64,000 nt of DNA from the human T2T-CHM13v2.0 reference genome, Homo sapiens: the NCBI RefSeq assembly GCF_009914755.1, contig NC_060925.1; one strand, 5' to 3'. The notes under the pieces were generated by a model, which saw only the letters and a program-made list of their open reading frames with translations, searched no databases and was not told the DNA's origin. A program made the position numbers and the translations under genes. Below, piece by piece: positions 57,133 to 64,000 of the stretch (position 1 is the stretch's first letter; the number at the start of each line of letters is the position of its first letter).

Positions 57133-59530
57133 CAGGCATACCTTGTTTTATTGTACCTCACTTTATTGAGCTTTGCAGATACAGCATTTTGTAAAAATTT
57201 GAGTTTTGTGGCAATCCTGCATAGAACATGTGTCTTGATGGCATTTTTCCAATAGCATGTGCTCATTTCACGTCTCTGTGTCACATTTTCCTAATTCTCA
57301 CAATATTTCAAACCTTATTATTGTATCTGTTATGATGATCTGTGATCAGTGATCAGTGTTACTATTTTAATTGTTTTGGGGTACCATGAACCACACCCAT
57401 AGAAGATGGCAAACTTAATCCATAAATATATATATTTTGACTGTTCCACTAACCAGCCATTCCCCATCTCTCTCCCTTTCCTCGGGCCTCCATAGTCCCT
57501 GAGACACAACAATATTGAAATTAGGCCAGTTAATAACTCTGTAATGGCCTTGTAATCCTCTAAGTGTTTAAGTGAAAAGAAGAGTCACACACCTCGACAT
57601 TAAGTCAAAAGTTAGACATGATTAAGTTTAGTGAGGAAGGCATGTCAAAAACTGAAATAGGCTGAAAACTAGGCTTCTTGCACCAAATAGCACAGTTTAT
57701 GCAAAAGAAAAGTTCTTAAAGGAAATCTAAAATGCTCCTCCAGTGAATACACAAAGGATAGGAAAGCAAAACAGCCCCACTGCTGTTATGAGGAAAGTTT
57801 GAGTGGTCTGGATAGAAGATTAAACCAGCCACAATATTCCCTTAAGCCAGAGTCTCACCCAGAGCAGTTTGGCATTGCTGGAGCAATAACAAATTGAAGA
57901 GAGCTCCAACCGTCTTCAATTTTGTGAAGGCTGAGAGAGGTGAAGAAGCTGCAGAAGAAAAGTTTGAAGCTAACAGAGGTTGGTTCATGAGGTTTAAGGA
58001 AAGAAGCTGTCTCCTAACATAATGGTACAAGGTGAAGTGCAGGTGCTGATGGAGAAGCTGCAGCAAGTTTTCCAGATCTAGCTGACATCACTGAGGAAGG
58101 TGGCTATGCTAACCAATAGGTTTTCAATGTAGATGAAATAGCTTTCTGTTGGAAGTAGGTGCCATGCAGGACTTTCATAGCTAGAGGGGAGAAGTGAATG
58201 CCTGGCTTCAAAACTTGAAAGGACAGGCTGACTCTCTTGTGGAGGGGCTGATGACTGTCAGTTGAAGCCAGTGCGCATTTGCCATTCTGAAAATTCTAGG
58301 GCTTTAAGAATTATGTTAAATCTACTCTGTCTGTGCTCTATAAATGGAATGACAAAGCCTGGATGAGAGCACATCTGTTTACAGCATGGGTTTACTGAAT
58401 ATTTTAAGCCTACCGTTAAGACCTACTGCTCAGTAAAAAAGATTCCTTTCAAAATATTACTCCTCATTGACAGTGCACCTGGTCACAAGAATTCTGATAG
58501 AGATATACAAGGAGATGAATATTGTTTTCATGCCTGCTAACACAACATCCATTCTGCAGCCTGTGAATCAAGGAGGAATTTTGACTTTCAAGTCTTACAT
58601 TTTGTAAGGCTGTAGCTGCCATAGATAGTGATGGATCTGGGCAAAGGAAATCAAAAAACCTTCTGTAAAGGATTCACCATTCTAGATGCCATTAAGAACA
58701 TTTGTAATTCATGGGAGGAGGTCAAAATATCAACATTAACAGGAGCTTGGAAGAAGTTGATTCCAACTCTCATAGATGACTTTGAGGGATTCAAGACTTC
58801 AGTGGAGGAAGTAACTGCCGATGTGGTAGAAATAGCAAGAGTAAACCAGAATTAAAAGTGGAGCCTGAAGATGGGAATGAATTGCTACAATCTCGTAATA
58901 CAACTTCAACAGATGAGGAATTGCTTCTTACGGCTGAGCAAGGCTGAGCAAAGAAAGTAGTTTCTTGAGATGGCTATGAACAGTGTTGAAATAACAACAG
59001 AGGATTTAGAATAAACAGCACGTAAACTTAGGTGATAAAGCAGGGGCAAGGTTTGAGATGATTGGCCTACAATTTTGAAAGAAGTTCTGTGAGTAAAACG
59101 CTATCAAACAGCATCACATGCTGCAGAGAAATCTTTTGTGAAAGTTAGATTCAATTGGTGTGGGAAACTTCACTGTCGTCTTATTTTGAGAAATTGCCAC
59201 GGCCACCCCAAACTTCTGCAGCCACCACTCTAATCAGTCAGCAGCCATGAACATCAAGTCAAGACCCTCTACCAGCAAAAAGGTTACAACTCACTGAAGA
59301 CCCAGATGATCATTAGCATTTTTTTTTTAGCAATAAGTATTTTTAAATTAAGGTATGTATACCTTGTTCTTTTAGACATAATACTATTGCACACATAATA
59401 GAGTACAGTATAGTGTGAACATAACTTTTATATGCATTGAGAAACCAAAAAATTCACATGACTCACTTTATTGAGATACTTTATTGTAATGGTCTAGAGT
59501 TGAACCTATAGCATCTCTGAGTTATGTCTG
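57133..59530 (+). mobile_element. Near full-length Tigger1 DNA transposon with dead pogo-like transposase
   Basis: TIRs caggcatacct / gagttatgtctg followed by TA; ~2.4 kb; transposase remnant [35 protein letters not shown] in ORF 58628..58855; many stops. Confidence 0.93.
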
Positions 59531-60413
59531 TATTCTAAATTCCCCTCAAGAAATAATGTAGAATATTTGGAAATATTTTTGATTAATTCCATTGAGGTTA
59601 ATTTTACATATACTCTGTAATAGTAACTAGGAAAAGACAAAAGAGGACATTTTCCATTACAGATAATGCACAGTGTTTAATTATGTAAGAAAAATACGCT
59701 ATTTCATGATACATTTTAAAGTTATACATCATACATCTAATGTTTTTAAACATGGGTCTGATAACCAGTGGTTCTTAATATAACTGTCTAGTATACGTAA
59801 AAGAGCAGTATATGGCTGAGCATGAAAATAATTCCAAACTGTATAATGTTGGAACGTTCAGCTGAGTGAGGAACATGATTGTACCTAAGTCAAAGATACG
59901 GTAATGCAGTCTCTCCTGAGAACTTCACATGCTGATAATTATTTAGAGGATTTGGATCCATTTTTTGAAGGAGAGATCAACAATTTGTTTATTTTTTTTA
60001 AAAAGTAATGGAAATGGCAACAGACCCCACTGGCACTACTTAAGTACAGGTTGGAAACCATGGCTGGACTGCAGACTGGATGGAAACACATGCCATCTTG
60101 TGGTGGCATGTGTGAATTGCAGGAGCAGCAGACAGGCTGCCACCTTAGTTAACTGAGAAATAAAGGGTAAAATGACAGCAAGTATCAGGTACCTTAAAAG
60201 GATGCAGATGCAGTTTTATTTTCCTTTTTAAATTTCTTCTGGAGACGAAAAGGACTTTTTGTCTTACATTACAGTATTTTTGAAATTCTGTGTATTCTTA
60301 AATAGTATGAGATGCCTTTGCTAAAACATTCAGTGCAACTTTTTTTTTCCTGGATTAGTATCCAAATTAAATGCTTGCTCTCATAGCTCTATTCTAAGCA
60401 CTTAAAAAAAGAG

Positions 60414-60540
60414 TTTTTTTGTAGAGACAAAGTCTCGCTAATGTTGCCCAGGCTGGACTCAAACCCCTGGCCTCAAGTGATCCTCCTGCCTTGGCCTCTT
60501 AAAGCACTGGGTTTACAGGCATGAGCCTCCATACCCAACC
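60414..60540 (-). mobile_element. FLAM_C / Alu left monomer
   Basis: Antisense monomer; TSD tctattctaagcact/tctcttctgagcact. Confidence 0.8.
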
Positions 60541-61299
60541 TCTCTTCTGAGCACTTTAAAACAAATACTGTAAAATCAACAACTTCCGTAACATTCATTT
60601 TTATTCTCTTTAGCCTCCCATGTGGCGAAATACAGGAATGTGTATAGGGAGAGGCTTACAGACATAGGGTATGGCTCAAAATGACAAAGGGAAACTGAGG
60701 GAGAGTCAAGGAAGATGGGGTTATGTGTAGGGGTAAAACAGGAGGTTGTGGTAGAGGTGAGAGGGATGGTGGGAAGAATGGTAGCAGGCACAGAGGGCAG
60801 GCTGGATCTGACCTGTGCCCTCTTCTCCGACTTCACATACCCTGGGATTCCTAGCTAGTTCAGGACTCTGGGCCCTCATAGTGCTGGTCTCTGCCTAGAC
60901 TTCCCTGTTTCCTTCAGCTAATACCCACTTAATTTTTCAAAATCCATTTCAGACTTTCCCCTAGGATGCTTCTGGTTGTCACCCATTTTGGGCCTTCCAT
61001 ACATAGTACACTGTAAATGCTTTCATTGTAGTACTTGCCACACCATATTCTAATTCAGAGCTTGCCAACAGTTTCTCAACTCAGATGTGCCAGGAAACCC
61101 ATTCTCTTTCCTGCTGGAGAGTGGAACTGGGCCTCTGTCCTACATGGGTTGACCAGGGCTGTGAGCAACTTCCTTTGTGCATCCCAGTACCATAAGTGTC
61201 ATTTCAGTGTGTGGAAATAGTGAGAATTGCCCTCTAATCAATAGTACATTTGACTATTTCCCCAGCAAGACGACTTTGAAGGCAGGCTAATTAGCTGGA

Positions 61300-62450
61300 A
61301 ATTGAACTTGTCACCCAGGCCTCTGGCTCAGTGTTCTTGGTCGTTTTCTTACCTCACTGATCTGTGGTTATGATTCTCTCCTGCTGATCTCTCCTTCTGG
61401 GAGTGATCTTTAAACACAGAAATGTTCTGGGGCTCAGCCCTTGGACCTCTTCTCTGTCTTCACTGTCTAGATGTGTGTTTCTCAAACTGTAATGTACCTT
61501 CTTGTCACCTGGGGATTTTGTTAAAAGTCAGATTCTGATTAGGGTAAGTCTGGACTGGAGGTTCTGCATTTCCGACAAACTCTCAGATAGGGCTGGTGCT
61601 GCTGGTACAGGAGCACACCTGGAGTAACAAGGCCTGGGGTGGGCTGAAGTCGTCTCATTCGTTTTGTGACTTCAGTATCATCTGATGTACTGACAAGTCC
61701 CAAATTGTATCTCCACTGTGGATCTCTCCCCCAGACTTTAGACTTACATATCCAGTGGACTCCCTGACAGCTCCATTTGGATATCTAAAGAAATCTCAAA
61801 TTTAATATTTTGAAAACTGAACTAATTGCCACCATTTTGTGAACACCTCCCCAGCTCTCCCCTATTTCAAGAAATAGCAACTTCATTTTTCTTGCTGCTC
61901 AAACCGAAACTCTTGCGTCATCCTCTCGTCAGATAACCCGCATGTAACCCATCAGTTCTCCTTTCACAGTATTTCCAGGATCTGACCACTTCTCACTACC
62001 TACACTGCTTCTTGTCTGGATTTTTGCAGCAGCCTAACCAGTCTCTCTGCTTCTCTACCCCGGACTTGTTTCAGTCCCAAGTAAATCTGTTAAATCTAAG
62101 TCAGATTTCTTACTCCACTGTTCAGACCCTCCAGTGATTTCTCTCTTCGCTCAGTAAAACTCAGAGCCCTTGTAGTGGTCTGCAAGGCCCTTGTGTAGTG
62201 GGTATAATCTGGAAGCTTCCCGGACCCCACCCCTGGTCAGTTAAATCACAGTCTCTGGAAAATGGAGTCCAAGCTTCAGGTTGTTTGATTTTGAAAAGGC
62301 TCCCCTGGTGATTCTGATGCGAAGTCTACACAGGCTCTGGCCTTTTCCTCCTCCTCTGAACTTATCACCCACAACTCTATCCTTCTCCGTTTCTGTTCCA
62401 GCCACAACAATTTCCTTACTCTTCCTTAAACATGGCAAGCATCCACATAA
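61300..62450 (+). mobile_element. L2 fragment interrupted by MER5-like MITEs (~61470-61635 and ~62200-62330)
   Basis: L2 motifs ctccatttggatatct, ctcaaatttaat, tctgaccacttctc; MER5 motif tttctcaaact...gattctgatt. Confidence 0.55.
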
Positions 62451-63574
62451 GATGTTCCTGAGAGAAACACTGCTGAAACAAGAAAAAGCAGTGACAGCAA
62501 GATGATTCTTGCCATCATACTGATGCGTTTTAGTTGAATTTTAAAACATATACAATGTTAAAAAAAAAATCAGCTTTGAAATGTATGCCTTTTTGTCTTG
62601 ATTTAAAAGCAGTATGCTATTTTTCCTAGTTTTATATGTGACAGTCTATGCTTAGTCATTGTTTAACAAAAGATCCAGGTACTAGACTTTCTTCAATATG
62701 TTAAAAAGAAAAAAAAAGCATGTGGTACCATCTCACTCCTGCTATAACCTGCAGTGGTTATACATCATTAACACCTCCAGCGTGCATTTGCTACTGGGTT
62801 AGTGCCAACAAAGCTGAATATACTTACCATTGATTTGAAGTTGTCTTACTTTTTACTGAAGATTCCATATGTCATAGTTTTTTTTTTAACTTTTTTTAAA
62901 AAAGTAATATGAGTACAAGCTAAAAATCCAGTGGTATGAAAGGGCATATAGTGAGAAGCCAGTCCCCTTCCTGCCCCAGCGTTCAGCACCCATTGTTACC
63001 AGCCAGTATGTCATGTTGTAGTCTTAAGCATTCTTTTTTGTTCTTGTTATTTAAACGTTTTTGCCTATTTAATTTTAAGAATTGTTGATGTAATGAAATA
63101 AGTAAAAATGCATGCTGTAAGTTTTTCAACATCTTTTAACAAATAGAAGAAGGTTAAATTATCAAAATGACATTAAGGTACTCTGTAAATTTAAAATAGA
63201 AGTAATTCCTAGAACATTTTCCAGGGCAGACATTCCTGTTTCCTCTGAGTTCCAGGAAGCTCTCTCCTCCATGAATTGAAATTTGTCTGGCACTGTTCCG
63301 TTCTCTGAGAGTGTGCTCCAGGCTTCCTCTGCCCCAGCGCCTGTTCTCCTGTGTGCCCATCTAGAGTCTGCCTTTCCTTTCAGTCTTGCCCTCTTGCCCT
63401 CGGTGACCTGCACCCTGAATCACTCTCCCTCTTTTTCTTGCGTTAAGTAATCAGAGTTCCCTGACAGCTCTTCGTGTGCAGGACCTGACCTCTTTTTCAT
63501 GATCTTCCCTGTTGGCTTCCAAGTTCAACAGGTGTTTATTGAGGAACTTCCCTAGCCCTTTTTATTGGCCTAAA

Positions 63575-63750
63575 TAGATAAGATAATGGATTTTGGAGTG
63601 AGATACTGATTCAGATCCCAACTCTGCCTCTAATTAGTTGTGTGACTAGACAGATTGCTTAATTTCTCTGGGCCCCTTCTCATTAAAATGAGACCCATAG
63701 TAGTGCTTTCATGATAGAGTTACTATGAGGGTTTAAATGAGATCATTTAT
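63575..63750 (+). mobile_element. MIR SINE
   Basis: atcccaactctgcc...tgtgtgact...aatttctctgggcc...aaaatgag. Confidence 0.65.
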
Positions 63751-63753
63751 GCA

Positions 63754-64000
63754 GGCCGGGCACTGTGGCTCAAGCCTATAATCCTAGCTCAAGCCTGTAA
63801 TCCCAAAGGAAGCCGAGGTGGGAGGATCACTTGAGCCCAGGAGTTTGAGACCAGTCTGGGCAACATAGGGAAACCCTATCTACAAAAACTGTAAAAATTA
63901 GCTGGGTTTAGTGGGGCATGCCTGTGGTCCCAGCTACTCTGGAGGCTGAGGCAGGAGGTCAAGGCTGCAGTGAGCCGTAATCACGCCACTGCACTCCAGC
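63754..64000 (+). mobile_element. AluJ, runs off the window end
   Basis: ggccgggcactgtggctc...ggaggatcacttgagcccaggag. Confidence 0.88.

Overview
This is primate genomic DNA, most likely human, from inside MTR (cobalamin-dependent methionine synthase, the cblG gene) on the + strand. I can place 18 consecutive coding exons. They splice in one open frame to 1996 nt and match, from memory, human MTR residues ~G137-R802 (exons 5-22, c.410-2405). They cover the homocysteine/Zn domain (GLNC, GGCC), the folate-binding barrel, the cap domain and the start of the cobalamin domain (DVHDIG, His785). Neither end of the gene is in the window, and intron 21 has a GC donor. The introns hold a full-length RPSA processed pseudogene in sense orientation, a near full-length Tigger1, five MaLR solo LTRs, L1/L2/MIR fragments, MER/Tigger MITEs and about 15 Alu/FLAM/FAM copies. 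I see no new gene or multi-gene system, and apart from MTR exon, RPSA and Tigger1 pieces the ORF track is noise. The best leads concern RNA structure and splicing: a ~145-bp, ~92%-identical inverted duplication in intron 8; a latent pseudoexon in intron 6; candidate poison exons and decoy donors; possible recursive-splice exons 15 and 21; eight consecutive symmetric exons; and loss of poly(A) signals in sense-oriented insertions. Exon numbering and repeat subfamily names come from memory, not from a search.
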